Origin: Eledone cirrhosa
Lineage: Eukaryota
Length of the DNA stretch: 64,000 nucleotides
NCBI GenBank assembly: GCA_964016885.1
Contig: OZ024742.1
Location: 23,250,001-23,314,000, forward strand
Reading direction: 5' to 3'
Below are positions 41,733 through 54,969 of the stretch, piece after piece (positions within the stretch are counted from its first letter, which is position 1; each line of letters begins with the position of its first letter). The notes beneath the pieces were generated by a model, which did no database searches, was not told the origin of the DNA, and saw only the letters and a list, made by a program, of their open reading frames with translations. The position numbers were made by a program, and so were the translations under genes.

Positions 41733-42987
41733 ATAATCCCAAACCCTGACCTGTTAGAAATATTAACGAATTCATTCACAAATCACCCTCCCATCTTTAA
41801 AAGTTATGCTGAATAATGCTGTCTTGGATTCCCGTCTCTTTGGGAAATGGAGAGATAGAGCTGGACAATCTTAGACTATAGATCTGTTTGATCAGATTTG
41901 AACTTTGTTATCAACAACAACAACAATAACAACAACAACCATATTTACACTCAAGATAGCCAAGGACGTGTCTACTTGACCACCTAGAAATAGTAGCCAA
42001 ATTATATCTGCCGAGTCTGAAGAGGGGATGGGGTTAAAATTGTAACGATTTTCATGATATATCCCCTTCATCAGCAACACCTATATATATTTCATATATA
42101 TTCCTATGAAATGACAATCTATTGAAATATCCTAATTATGGACATAAAGTAAATTGGTCTGTCTAAGTTGCAGCTGTATACACACCAATTTTGTTTTCCA
42201 GTCGAGTAAGCTACGTTCATTTTTATTATTTTGGTGCTACGTTATGAAAAAAAATATATTAGGTTTAAATCATTTAGTTACGCTTTTAGCCTTGTTTTAA
42301 TAACAGAAAAAAAAAGGAATTTCTTTTCCAAATTATTTCACACGAAGATATTTGAGAACACGCTAGCTATTTTTAATGGTGTAGTATGATTAAAAACACA
42401 TCATCGTCTAATCTTATATATATATATATATATATCAGCCTCGGAACTGACTTCAATAATAAACTATTGAAGAAGGTTATCATATAAATAATACCTACGT
42501 GATAAATCGACTAAACCTGACTCATTCAATGAAATAAGACGGAAAAAGATAGTAAACGAAAAAATAATTATGATAAATTGTTTCAAAAATATAGAAAGAT
42601 GTCAAATTTTTGTTTGAATAAGACTAAAAGATGGATGCGCGAGAGACAAGATTCCTTAACAAGAGAACAAAAAACAGAAGAATGGAGAATATGTGGATCC
42701 TTTGAAACTGAAAATATATTCTCGAAAGCAAAATAGAATTTCTAATTTTTTGATAAATATTTATTTCTAAGTATAAATACATTCTATGGTAAGAACATTT
42801 TGAAAAGACGGATTTGTGTATTGACAGGGTCTTATCGTGCGAATACACTACAGAATACACTTACTATCACCATTTCTCTATCTAGCCCTCTTTCACGCAC
42901 ACACCACGTACATAGTTAGAGCTTTAGATGGACGCACACAATTACGTTTAAAGACACGAATGTATACACCTATATATACACATCTCC

Positions 42988-43024
<37 letters not shown>

Positions 43025-43058
43025 TTACACGAATCAAAGTTCTGTTTAAATCATTTAT

Positions 43059-43107
43059 TTGCTTACAATTGTTTCTTCCAAACCGAGGTTTGGTGTCTTC
43101 GGAGCAA
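43059..43107 (-). ncRNA. Minimal type I hammerhead, CCGAAGA core variant
   Basis: ttgct-CCGAAGA-ca-ccaaac-ctcg-gtttgg-aa-GAAA-caattg-TA-agcaa. Confidence 0.7.
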
Positions 43108-44008
43108 TTATTCAGTGATTTTTAACATACTTGACCTAATTTTCAGCACAAGAGACATATAGAAACATATGTATATATTGACCCACAGTGGGTTGACATC
43201 CATTATAATAATATAGCATGGTAATTTACATACAAAAAATACAGTCATATTAAAGGACAAAATTAAAGTTAAAATTAAAATTAAAATTAAAATAAAACAT
43301 TGGCAGTTTACTAAGATAAAGCAAGAGGAAAGTTTGGAGTAGCCAGAGTATGCAACAGTCACACGTGTCGCATGCACGCGTGTCCTATTTATACAAGATT
43401 ATAGTGCGGAATATAATACGATAGTGCGGAATATAATACGATGTCAACTCTCACAACAAAAACAACCTGCTCTATAGAATCGAATTAAAAAACGACAAGC
43501 TGTGATGTTCTAGCATGGTTCACCAGGCACCCAATGTTGAATCATCGTGGATTGTGTGATGAACATGTAGTCTATAAATTGCGTTTCCTGGATTATGAGA
43601 GTGGTGGTGTGTACGAGGACAGTGGTGCTGCTTTTCTTCTCATTTGTAATATTTTTGATATTTTTGGTGTTTCTCTACACACGGGCTTCTATATCGTACA
43701 GGTGTGTGTAAATAATGCTTTACCAGTACAGCCCCCATGATGCTCTTGATTGCCTGCTTTGACTGCTTGTTTTACATGTAACAATCTGCCACACTATAAT
43801 CTTGTATAAATAGGACACGCGTGCATGCCACACATGTGACTGTTGCATACACTGGCTACTCCAAACTTTCCTCTTGCTTATCTTAGTAAATTGCTAATGT
43901 TTTATTTTATTTTAATTTTAATTTTAACTTTAATTTTGTCCATTAATATGACTGTATTTTTTGTATGTAAATTACCATGCTATATTATTATAATGGATGT
44001 CAACCCAC

Positions 44009-44052
<44 letters not shown>

Positions 44053-44197
44053 GTGTGTGTATATATACATATGTATATATATATATATATGTGTATATAT
44101 ATATATATATATGTGTGTGCATATATGTATGTGTGTATATATATATGTGTATATATATATACATATGTATGTATGTATGTATATACGTATGTATGTA

Positions 44198-44246
<49 letters not shown>

Positions 44247-44445
44247 TTAAGGATACTATTTATTGTTATGTATATACTAAAACCTTTTATAGTTATATAT
44301 ATGTTATACCCTAAATAGTGAAAGACAGTAATTTATTACTATCTTAATACCAGTAAGATAAATAGCTCAATGTAACAACATCAGTTGTTTTACAGAGCAG
44401 TTATATAGAGATTACATGAATCAAAGTTCTGTTTAAATCATTTAT

Positions 44446-44494
44446 TTGCTTACAATTGTTTCTTCCAAACCAAGCTTTGGTGTCTTCGGAGCAA
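44446..44494 (-). ncRNA. Minimal type I hammerhead, CCGAAGA core variant
   Basis: ttgct-CCGAAGA-caccaaagcttggtttggaa-GAAA-caattg-TA-agcaa. Confidence 0.7.
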
Positions 44495-45384
44495 TTATTC
44501 AGTGATTTTTAACATACTTGACCTCCTTTTCAACACAAGAGACATATAGAAACATATGTATATATTGACCCACAGTGGGTTGACATTCATTATAATAATA
44601 TAGCATGGTAATTTACATACAAAAAATACAGTCATATTATTGGACAAAATTAAAGTTAAAATTAAAATTAAAATAAAATAAAACATTGGCAGTTTACTAA
44701 GATAAAGCAAGAGGAAAGTTTAGAGTAGCCAGTCTATGCAACAGTCACACGTGTGGCATGCACGCGTGTCCTATTTATACAAGATTATAGTACGGCAGAT
44801 TGTTACCAGTTACCAGGCATATTTGCCCAATATAAGTCTGTTATTTTTCTTAATGTTTTCAATTTTAATATTTAAAGTTAAGGATAACAAACTATATTGC
44901 TGTAGTTAATATTTTTTCACCCTAGCAAACTTTAGTCCTTACAATCCGAACACATATATGTTTATATTAGTTTTCATCTCTCTTGTTTATTCAATTATAT
45001 ATATATATACATATATAAGCATGTTCGCATACATATATCTGTCAGTGCGTCTTAAAATATATTTGTATCTAGATTAGTTACTGAGTACTTGATATAAATT
45101 CAGCTGAGCTAAAATAGCTTATTAGATTCTTAGGTCTTAAACACGTAGAACCATCTCTAAATAAATTATATACGCATGTTTTAACAGCCCCTTTCTGGTT
45201 TCCTTAAGATACGATTGGTGAGCGACAACAATGAATGTGAGAATGCATGCATTCTCCCATAACACCTAAAGGAATCATAGGGAACCCGCTTTGTGTGTGT
45301 GTGATATCTCACACCTATGCAGCATTAGCTGGACCCCCTCCAAGTTATATCGCGTTGGAGGTGTCGTGGTTATTTAATGATAGG

Positions 45385-45836
45385 GACCCCAGTCCTATCA
45401 TCTCATTTCTACAGCTGAGTAAACTGGAGCAACGTGAAATAAAGTGTCTTGCTCAAGGAAACAACACATCAGCCGGTCCGAAAATTGAACTCACAACCTT
45501 TCGATTGCAAGCCAATGCTCTAACCACTAACCCATGCACCTTCACATTGACACAGAACGTTCTAGTTTCTAGGGCATTTTAAAATCTAACAGAGCACAAT
45601 TCTCTCCAAGTCTGGTTACAGCAGATTTCTTCTAGAGAAAAGGTAGATAGTGAGTGAATGAAAGTGAGAGACAGATATAGACGCAGACTTGATGTCAGTA
45701 CTTGACTGGTACCTTTTATTGACCTTGAATTGATCAAATGCGAAGTTGACCTCGTCGGGATTTGAACTCAGAGAGCAGAGAACCGAAACGAATACCACAA
45801 AGCCTTCTATCCAACGTTCTAACGAGTCTGCCAATG
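45385..45836 (-). mobile_element. Two SINEs (tRNA-derived 45385-45545; Octopus-type 45690-45836)
   Basis: Reverse-complement matches to the SINE families above. Confidence 0.65.
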
Positions 45837-46073
45837 CAATGCCTGACTGTGAGAATACCAGCTCTAAAACATCAACACACAGGACATAAAATAAAGCAAA
45901 GTTTATTTAAAACTTTATTATTCCTCCACTGCTGAAATTAAATTACTTAATTGAAGCGCTGCCTCTTCTGTGGTTAAAATTGGTTATTATTTTCATATTA
46001 ATATTACTAACTAATACATTTATTAGGCCAGGAACTCTTATATAAAAGCGTACACAGAAACACATAAGACATA

Positions 46074-46108
<35 letters not shown>

Positions 46109-46132
46109 CCACACACACATATATATATATAC

Positions 46133-46200
<68 letters not shown>

Positions 46201-46207
<7 letters not shown>

Positions 46208-46725
46208 TAAACGGAATAGAAAATGCTGACAAATTTTTCACAGTGAAAAATAGTTTAAATAGCAATAAATGAGAATTAGTAATTGTATTGGTTAGTATTC
46301 AGTTTTGGTTTTAAGTTTTACCGGTTGCGCATTTCTAAATGCTTTTCAAAAATAATTTTGAGATAGAGCGTCCGTGATGTTTGCTCTGATCTGATTAGTA
46401 TTGGGAATTCTACCTGTTTTTATGTTAAAAAAATGGCTGCAGCTCAATAGCGCTGGAGCCATTTTTTTAACATAAAAACAGGTAGAATTCCCAAAACTAA
46501 TCAGATCAGAGCAAACATCACGGACGCTCTATCTCAAAATTATTTTTGAAAAGCATTTAGAAATGCGCAACCGGTAAAACTTAAAACCAAAACTGAATAC
46601 TAACCAATACAATTACTAATTCTCATTTATTGCTATTTAAACTATTTTTCACTGTGAAAAATTTGTCAGCATTTTCTATTCCGTTTACCAATATATAATA
46701 ACTTGTGTGTTACACCTCTATTCTT
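46201..46725. repeat. Near-perfect foldback (~240 bp arms, short centre) in (TA)n
   Basis: 46201-46438 is the reverse complement of 46457-46694. Confidence 0.9.
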
Positions 46726-46726
46726 T

Positions 46727-46787
<61 letters not shown>

Positions 46788-46788
<1 letters not shown>

Positions 46789-47112
46789 ACAATATATTAA
46801 CAAATGGAAACAATATTTATAAAACCATATTTATTTCATTATATATATTTCAAGGGCCACCAAGCTAAACTATGGTGCGCTTTCATCAGATAAAATATAA
46901 TATAGGTTAGATTTATAAATAAATATTGACATACCCTTAAAAAATGCAGGAGATTTGTTTAAGAGTATGTCAATATTTATTTAATAAATAAATAAATATG
47001 GTTTTATAAATATAGTTTCCATTTGTTAATATATTGTATATTTACTCCAATAATTTGTTGAGTGCTTTATATCAGTTATAAAAACATTTTGCTTGTTGTA
47101 TCCCAACAAATT
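46788..47112. mobile_element. 3' end of Naiad family 2 with 5' inversion; hammerhead at 46833-46896 (minus)
   Basis: Homologous to 50960-51140. The motif is attttat-CTGATGA-stem II-GAAA-tatata-TA-atgaaat. Confidence 0.7.
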
Positions 47113-47114
47113 AA

Positions 47115-47345
47115 ATATAACTTCTACATCACTAAACATCTCCGGAATATTCGTCTCGGCGGGAGCTCCCCCATCGCCCGCCACTTTGGCTACCCTGGAC
47201 ATTCCGCCCACCACCTCACAGTCTGTGGCCTACTCCAATACCATGGAACACCCGCCACCCGTCTCAGGGTCGAACAACGCACCATCTTCAACCTACAGAT
47301 CCACACCCTCCGGTCTGAACTCCACACCCCTATTCCTTTAACCTT
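47115..47345 (+). mobile_element. Penelope-like (Neptune/Nematis-type) GIY-YIG C-terminal remnant, followed by a C/A-rich tail to ~48500
   Basis: Encodes KHLRNIRLGGSSPIARHFGYPGHS..LTVCGL..RLRVEQRTIFNL / PSGLN. Confidence 0.75.
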
Positions 47346-48505
47346 CGACCGCCCACCTTTCCACACACACATCCCACACAAACACCACTAACACACTCCT
47401 CCTTTTCTTCGCCCCACCCACTTGGTCCACCCCACAACTAACAATACTAACACCCACACCCCAATTCCACCCCCTCCCCCAACTAACAATACTAACACTC
47501 CCACCCTAATTCCGCCCCCTCCTCCAACTAACAATACTAACATCACCACCCGTCCCCTTATCACGCACACACCCACCTGTACATATAAACACGCACTCAC
47601 ACTATCCACACACTCTACTACCACCACTAACCCTCACGCACACATCCACTCCAACCACCCCACAACTAATATCACTAACATCCCCCGACCCCACGCATAC
47701 GAACACACACCATCACACACACACCCACACCTACATACACCACCCATTCCATACACATAACCACCACTAACCCCCACTTAAATACCCGCATTCAAGCCTT
47801 TCATCTCCACCAGTAATACTAACACCCACTAACACCCCTTTACCACACACATAATAATCTAAACACGCACAAAACCAGTACACTACACTCCCTCCCTCAC
47901 CCCTAACAAATGTTCTCTCCCTCTCCCTCTCCCTGTTTCACCTACATCCCTTCACACACCCTCATCCCACGAACACCTCTACCAATAACCCCCCTATCCT
48001 TCCACATCACCACCTTCCTACTCCATCTTTCACACCTACCCATCCTCTCCTCTGTCCACTGCGCCTCGGTACACACAGACACACAGTCCTGACCACACTC
48101 TGACCATTTCTCCACCTGTCATCCTCCTCTACTGTTATCACTTCACCCTGCCTTGACACTCTGACCACTTCCTGTTGCGCGCGCACCCCACATCTCTCCA
48201 CTTCCAACCACCACAACCAATGGATTCCACACCACCGGTCATTGTTCAGCTATCCACTCCATAACATGAAACATATCCAGCAACTCATGACACACCCGAC
48301 GGAACTACCTTACGAACTTACCCACGAACATATACTCACATTTTTTTCGAACCACACCACCTACAAACAAAAACTCACACGTGCGTACCCCCACATACAC
48401 GCTCAGCCCCCTCCGCCACCCCTCTGACACCTCACCATCCACATGCACGCACACACCGACTTACACCCTACCCCACGACACACCTTTTCCTGAACCTGGA
48501 ACCTC

Positions 48506-49222
48506 GATATTAATAAATGGAAACTATATTTATAAAACAATATTTATTTCATTATACATATTTCAGGGATACCACATTAAATTATGGTATGCCTTCATCA
48601 GACAAAATACAATATATAACAGTTTTACAAATAGCTTTGACGTACCTTTTTAAAATGCAACCATTACTTTTGGAGGCTGTCTGGATAGTGATTTGTTTAT
48701 ATTATTTTAATAAGTCATAGTGTTAAGCACAATTAGAAAAAGACGGAGAGAAAGAAAAAAAGAAAAAAGACGGAGAGAGAGAAAGAAAACCTGGAGAAAT
48801 ATCGGAGAGAGAGAGAAATGTATGGGGAAATGAAAGAGATAAATAAAGATAGGAGGAAATAAAAAAGAAAGAAAAAAGGAAGAAATAAGAAAAACAAAGG
48901 AAAGCAACAGAGAGATACAAGTCATCATACAGATAGAAAAACTCAAGAGAGAGAAATACTATATAGAGAGAGGGGGAGACAATGAAAACTTAACGTCATG
49001 TCATATTAAGTTGAGTTAACAATTTATATGAAATGAATAATAAAAATATAAATATCAATATTCATGAATGGGACATAGATATATAATATGAGAAATTAAA
49101 CATTGTTCAATATTGACTATATGTTTAGTTTAAAACTTGAGATCAATATACCAAAATCTGAGTTAAATCGTTCAAAATGTACCCTTGCTATAGAGATCAG
49201 TATCTTATGCAAAGACATACAA

Positions 49223-49256
<34 letters not shown>

Positions 49257-51140
49257 ACGCACGTCCTGAAAATAGAAATTATGTTTACTCAAGCCAACAA
49301 TATACCCATACAAAACGTAAATGATTTCTCTTAATCACTGCTATATATTCCTTGTGTTATAAAAAGTTCACAGTATATATACATAAATATATACGATTAA
49401 TATTCATGTCCTCATATATACAATTACCATTCATGTATTTAATATTATGCATATCTGCAACATACCTTTCACCCACATAAATATATATACATACATATGT
49501 ATAAATAAATATTTGCGTGCGTCCTCCCGCATCGCTCATGTATATATACAGACACATATACAAACACAAAAAAAAACCTATAACACTTTGTATGCATGTT
49601 AATACACACATATGCATTTGTATAGAGATAATCAAATATCAATATATTACTAAAGGATTATAACTTGTAAATATAACAATATAAAATAATCCAGAAATAT
49701 CAAAGCATTAAATATCGTTAAAACTATAGAGTATTTTAAGTTAAAATAATATGTTTTATATTTAGTATAGAAATTTATCCTACGTATATCTCAATCAAGA
49801 TATTGAAAGGGTAGACTTATGAAAGTTATGAGAAGCTATCAGAATCAAAACAAATAAATAAAAATAATTTAAAAGATTTAAAAAACCCAATGATTCTACA
49901 GATAACCTTATATTTAGTATAGAAATTTATCTTACGTATAATTTATTAAATACATTGGAAGTATAGACATTTTAGAGTAGTTTATTATATCCATGTTTAT
50001 ATTTAGGAAGAAAGTTTAAAAAGAAAAAGTGAAGGAATCTAATGATTTATCGACAGGTTTCATATATTAACTAAATTACTTAATTAATTATACTACATTT
50101 TAAATTCATATTTATATTTAAACGTTGAGTTCAATCTACGTCTGCAGCAACTGAATAAATTGTTTCTTAGATTAAGGGAATTTTTGGACTTTAATATAAA
50201 GAATATTTCTTCAATACAAAGATCACAATTTTCTGAAGAGGAATTAAAAGGAGTAGCTTATGAAATAATATTCCAATTCATCGAATATTTATTGTTGGCT
50301 TGAGTAAACATAATTTCTATTTTCAGGACGTGCGTATGTGTGTATATATATATATATATATACATATATATTTGTATGTCTTTGCATAAGATACTGATCT
50401 CTATAGCAAGGGTACATTTTGAACGATTTATCTCAGATTTTGGTATATTGATCTCAAGTTTTAAACTAAACATATAGTCAATATTGAACAATGTTTAATT
50501 TCTCATATTATATATCTATGTCCCATTCATGAATATTGATATTTATATTTTTATTATTCATTTCATATAAATTGTTAACTCAACTTAATATGACATGACG
50601 TTAAGTTTTCATTGTCTCCCCCTCTCTCCATATAGTATTTCTCTCTCTTGAGTTTTTCTATCTGTATTATGACTTGATATCTCTCTGTTGCTTTCCTTTG
50701 TTTTTCTTATATCTTCCTTTTTTATTTTTTTTTATTTCCTCCTATCTTTATTTATCTCTTTCTTTTCTCCATACATTTCTCTCTCTCTCCGATATTTCTC
50801 CAGGTTTTCTTTCTCTCTCTCCGTCTTTTTTCTTTTTTTCTTTCTCTCCGTCTTTTTCTAATTGTGCTTAACACTATGACTTATTAAAATAATATAAAAA
50901 AATAACTATCCAGACAGCCTCCAAAAGTAATGGTTGCATTTTAAAAGGGTACGTTTATTGTATTTTGTCTGATGAAGGCATACTATAATTTAATGTGGTA
51001 TCCCTGAAATATGTATAATGAAATAAATATGGTTTTATAAATATAGTTTCCATTTATTAATATCGTATATCTACTCCAAAAACTTGTCGAGTGCTTTATA
51101 TCAGTTATAAAAATATTTACTTGTTGTATCCCAACAACTT
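48506..51140. mobile_element. Naiad family 2 remnant with ~800 bp inverted arms; hammerheads at 48546-48608 (-) and 50962-51024 (+)
   Basis: 48506-49300 is the reverse complement of 50292-51065. Minus strand 50110-50295 encodes KYSMNWNIIS*ATPFNSSSENCDLCIEEIFFILKSKNSLNLRNNLFSCCRRR, homologous to the Naiad C-terminus. Confidence 0.8.
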
Positions 51141-51161
51141 TAAATAGAACTTTTGCATATA

Positions 51162-51214
<53 letters not shown>

Positions 51215-51268
51215 GAAAATACAGAAATTAATGTGAGCAAGAAGCCAACAGTATTTCATAATATGTAT

Positions 51269-51378
<110 letters not shown>

Positions 51379-51473
51379 ATAATAATATATAATATATAAT
51401 ATATAATAATAATAATATATATATATATAAAGGTTTGCATATATATAAAGTCATAGATGTATGTGTAATTTGC

Positions 51474-51930
51474 AACAAACTTGAAATACCTGAGATGGTT
51501 AGAGTTGCAGTGAGATGATGGGTTGATGGTGTAGGTGACTCACTCTCCGGGAGATTTTCGGAACAACGCATACATCGGGTTGAAAATCTCTCTCGATATT
51601 ACAACATACCATTCTCTTAACAAACCACCGGCTTCTTGGCCTTCCTCGCATTCAAACACAATATAAAACCTGTGTTTTCATTTTTCAGGAGATCGATGAA
51701 ACAGGTCCCGGAACGAATCTTCAAAAACATGTTCCCTTTTCACATGGACGGCCAAATCTTCTCGACGCAAACCTTCATCCAATCGCTCTAGTTCCTGTCG
51801 AAAGTATCTCCTCTTCACATCAAAATCCAACACTCTAGTGTGATCAACCAAAACTGAAAATGGACCGTGGGCGAGGGATGTTGTAGACTGTCGGAGTATT
51901 TGGTTCAATACTGTTCGGTGAGTTTCAGTA
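51474..51930 (-). pseudogene. HUWE1: HUWE1 HECT E3 ligase pseudogene fragment (no introns, two in-frame TGA)
   Basis: Encodes [120 protein letters not shown]. Confidence 0.92.
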
Positions 51931-52004
51931 AACTTTTGCTGAAACTCATATATATCTATATTTTATGATATATATATATATATTTATTTTTATATATATA
52001 TATA

Positions 52005-52892
52005 CGAGGTGTGTTAGAAAAGTTCCAGGACTGATGTCATAAACGATTTATTTCAAACTGGAACTTCATACTAAGAGTTTTCTCCTTCAAAGTAACCCCC
52101 CCCCCCTGGAGTCTAATGTACTTTTCCATCCTTTTCTGCCACGCTTGCATGCACTCCTGGACTGATTCTTCCGTCATCACGGCGATTTTGATGTCGTCCA
52201 GGTCTTCAAAATGGGTCTCCTCCGGGTCGTAATCGAAGATCTATGACTCGTAATCAGTGATGACTGTCTCTAGCAAGTCTGGTTCGGTTTCAAGACGCAC
52301 GAGGATGTCCTGGCACACTTGCATGCGTCGACCCTTCTGGTCATCGTTCAGCAGTTTTGGCACCATCTTCGTGCAGACTTTCCGCATGTCCAAATCTTCA
52401 GTGAGAATCTTCCAGACGCTGTCCCGATTCATGCTCAGCTCATTTGCCATCAGTCGAACATTCAGCCGACGATCGCTACGCACCATCTGCCTTACCCGCT
52501 CAACTTTGACCTCAGTCCTTGTTGTTGAGAGCCTTCCGCTCCTAGGGTCATCTTCCACGTACTTGCGTCCTTCTTTAAACCTCTTGCACCACTCAAAAAC
52601 ACGTGAGCGTGACATCGTCTCATCTCTGTCAGAGTTTTCCACAACAGTACCAGAAACTTCAAGTTCGTTCGTTGCTCTGTGCTCATTGCTTGATGACCTG
52701 AAACAGAGGACATGTATATAAAATTATGAAGAAAAAAGTATGATCTCTGCAGCGATCAAACCTTTTTCTTCATAACATTACAGTTACATATTCCAGGGGA
52801 ATTACTTTGAAGGAGAAAACTCTTCGTGTGAAGTTTGGGTTTGAAATAAATCTTTTGTGACACCAGTCCTGGAACTTTTCTAACACACCTCG
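52005..52892 (-). mobile_element. Mariner transposon, internally deleted (HTH region and start of the catalytic domain retained)
   Basis: Long TIRs start cgaggtgtgttagaaaagttccaggactg, with TA flanks. Encodes WCKRFKEGR..DDPRSGR, RKVCTKMVPKLL and ITDYES. Confidence 0.92.
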
Positions 52893-53087
52893 TATATATA
52901 TATGTATATATACTACTTTATTCAGCAAAAAAAAAGGGAGAGAAGATGACAGATTCTGTGTCACGCAGTTGGCGATCTTCAGAGCATCGCCTTTGCCGAA
53001 AATTATAGAGGCTGGATTCTTATAGAATACCAGTAATAATCAGGAACTGATTATACAGAGCGATTGCCGGTCCAGCAAAAATAAAAA

Positions 53088-53189
53088 AATTAGGAATGGT
53101 GCTCTGAAATAGCGATGTATACATGAATGTATGTATAGTATACATACATTCATATATACATCGCTATTTCAGAACACCAATCCTAATTT
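53088..53189. repeat. ~50 bp-arm hairpin
   Basis: aattaggaatggtgctctgaaatagcgatgtat... pairs with ...atacatcgctatttcagaacaccaatcctaatt. Confidence 0.8.
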
Positions 53190-53331
53190 ATATATATACT
53201 GTATATATATATAAATCAAAGCTGGTGGTGTAAAAACCTGTTAGACAATTACTAACCAGAGTAATCGTTACTTTGGGTAGTAGGGTGCGGTAATATGAAG
53301 GAGCTCAGCGGACAAGGTCACGGCTCCTCCA

Positions 53332-53381
<50 letters not shown>

Positions 53382-53445
53382 TGCCCCAAGGCTCTGATAC
53401 CATCAACACCATGAACACAGAGCTGGTATATCTAAGAACTGACTA

Positions 53446-53501
53446 CCTGCCTGATGAGGTCAAAGCCATTCAATGGCTATCTTCGAAATATATATAGCAG
53501 T
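53446..53501 (+). ncRNA. Minimal type I hammerhead in a copy of the 6488-6905 family
   Basis: ctgc-CTGATGA-stem II-GAAA-tatata-TA-gcag. Confidence 0.72.
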
Positions 53502-53597
53502 AAATAAAGGATTATTAGTTCATGCAATTGACTTATGTTTCGTCACTATATATATATACATACATACACACATACATACATGCCTACATACATACAT

Positions 53598-54201
53598 GGT
53601 GGCTGCCAACTCGTTTTCGAGTACGGCCACTACTTTATATGTAGGAGAACCCCTACCGATGCGCTGAACGAGTGTGAATTTTTAGTCCAGCCAGCGACTT
53701 GAAAACTCTGGTACAAACACTACACTTGTGACAATCATTGACACATAGTGCTGGGCCCATGGTACCATGTGACGACAAGTGCAGAGAGATCTCCAGATAT
53801 AAAGCAATGCCTGTGCCGTGAAGCTTTTATAGTGAGCAAAGGCACTGCACAAAGCCAGTCCCACTCTCTTAACCAAGATGATATTTACCAAAAAGAAGAA
53901 CCATTCAACATCATTGGATACCATCAGGGTTGCAGGTGTTATATCAAAGTTTTCCTTCTCCTAGAATTCTACCTTGACAAAGGCTAAGGGGTCATCTCTC
54001 CCGGTGATTTTGGATGGCCATTGACTCTTAAGAGCTCCTTTGCCCTTTGACAGGTTTTGTTTTTAGTCCGGCAGGATGTCCAAAGTCACCCTCCTCACCA
54101 AGAAACCTTGGTGGGGTTGCCAGTTTAGTCACCAACAACCCGACCATGGGACAGGTTGTACTGGGATACATGTTACCAGTAGCACCAACTGGTGACCTGA
54201 C
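53598..54201 (-). mobile_element. Probable RTE-LINE 5' UTR / RTE-derived element
   Basis: Reverse complement contains ctaggagaaggaaaactttga, resembling RTE 5' UTRs. It is flanked by (TACA)n. Confidence 0.45.
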
Positions 54202-54226
54202 ATAAAATACATACATAAATACATAT

Positions 54227-54258
<32 letters not shown>

Positions 54259-54499
54259 GTCAATGAGTGTGTATACAAATATAGGAAGAGAATTTGCAGG
54301 TTGACATTATTTAATGGAAGAAGGAAACTTTTGAACCCTTGAAATATAGGGCGTGGAGTATTTACCCATATATTCTGGACAATGTAGAGAGAAGTAGGGG
54401 AAAGGAGATTGATAAACTTAGAGTGATGAGTAAATGAAACGAAAGATAGAGAAAGGTTAACAATTCATGTTAATATTGATGGGTATTAGGGTGATGGAA

Positions 54500-54955
54500 G
54501 GGTAGTATTGGTAGAGCGTCAGACACTACGCTTTGCAGCATAGAGTTACACCCATTTACGGTCTGAGATCACATCCTCCCGAGGTTAACTTTGCTTTTCA
54601 TCCTTACAGGGTCGATAAAATAAAGTAGCAGTCACACCCTAGGGTCGATTAAATCGACTTTCCCCTCGCCCAAAATTGCTGGCCTTGTGCCTAAATAAGA
54701 AACCAATATTAATGGGGACTAGGTTGGTGGATTGGCAGTATTGGTAGAGCGTCAGACACTACGCTTTGCAGCATAGAGTTACGGCCATTTACGGTCTGTG
54801 TTCAAATTCTGATGGGGGTAACTTTGCCTTTCATCTTTACTGGTCGATAAAATAAAGTACCAGTAACGTACTGGGTTTGATTTAATCGCCCCCACCCCCC
54901 ACCCCACCCCCACAAAAAAAAAATCACTGCCTTTCTGCCTATGCTAGAAATCAAT
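54500..54955 (+). mobile_element. Two tandem Octopus-type SINEs (a third lies at 55320-55505)
   Basis: Same core as 4165-4380. Confidence 0.75.
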
Positions 54956-54969
54956 ATTAATGGGGCCTA

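Larger units (their letters stand above)
43021..44810 (-). mobile_element. Non-autonomous Penelope-type composite: direct pLTR-like repeats (43021-43410, 44408-44806) plus an inverted partial copy (43781-44010)
   Basis: Visible sequence identity between the three segments, a hammerhead in each direct copy, and (TA)n/(GA)n flanks. Confidence 0.7.

Noticed and set aside
40427-41816. Repetitive ORFs and a CRISPR-like look of the 20-bp and 14-bp arrays
   Set aside because: These are contiguous tandem units with no unique spacers, no cas genes and a eukaryotic context.
51474-51930. HUWE1 fragment as a functional exon with recoded TGA
   Set aside because: Both stops are simple TGG->TGA or CGA->TGA changes, conserved residues are also altered (GEEG->CEEG), and the flanks are microsatellite.
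52940-52990. Minus-strand CTGAAGA..GACA motif
   Set aside because: GAAA is absent and stem I is not contiguous, so it is not counted as a ribozyme.
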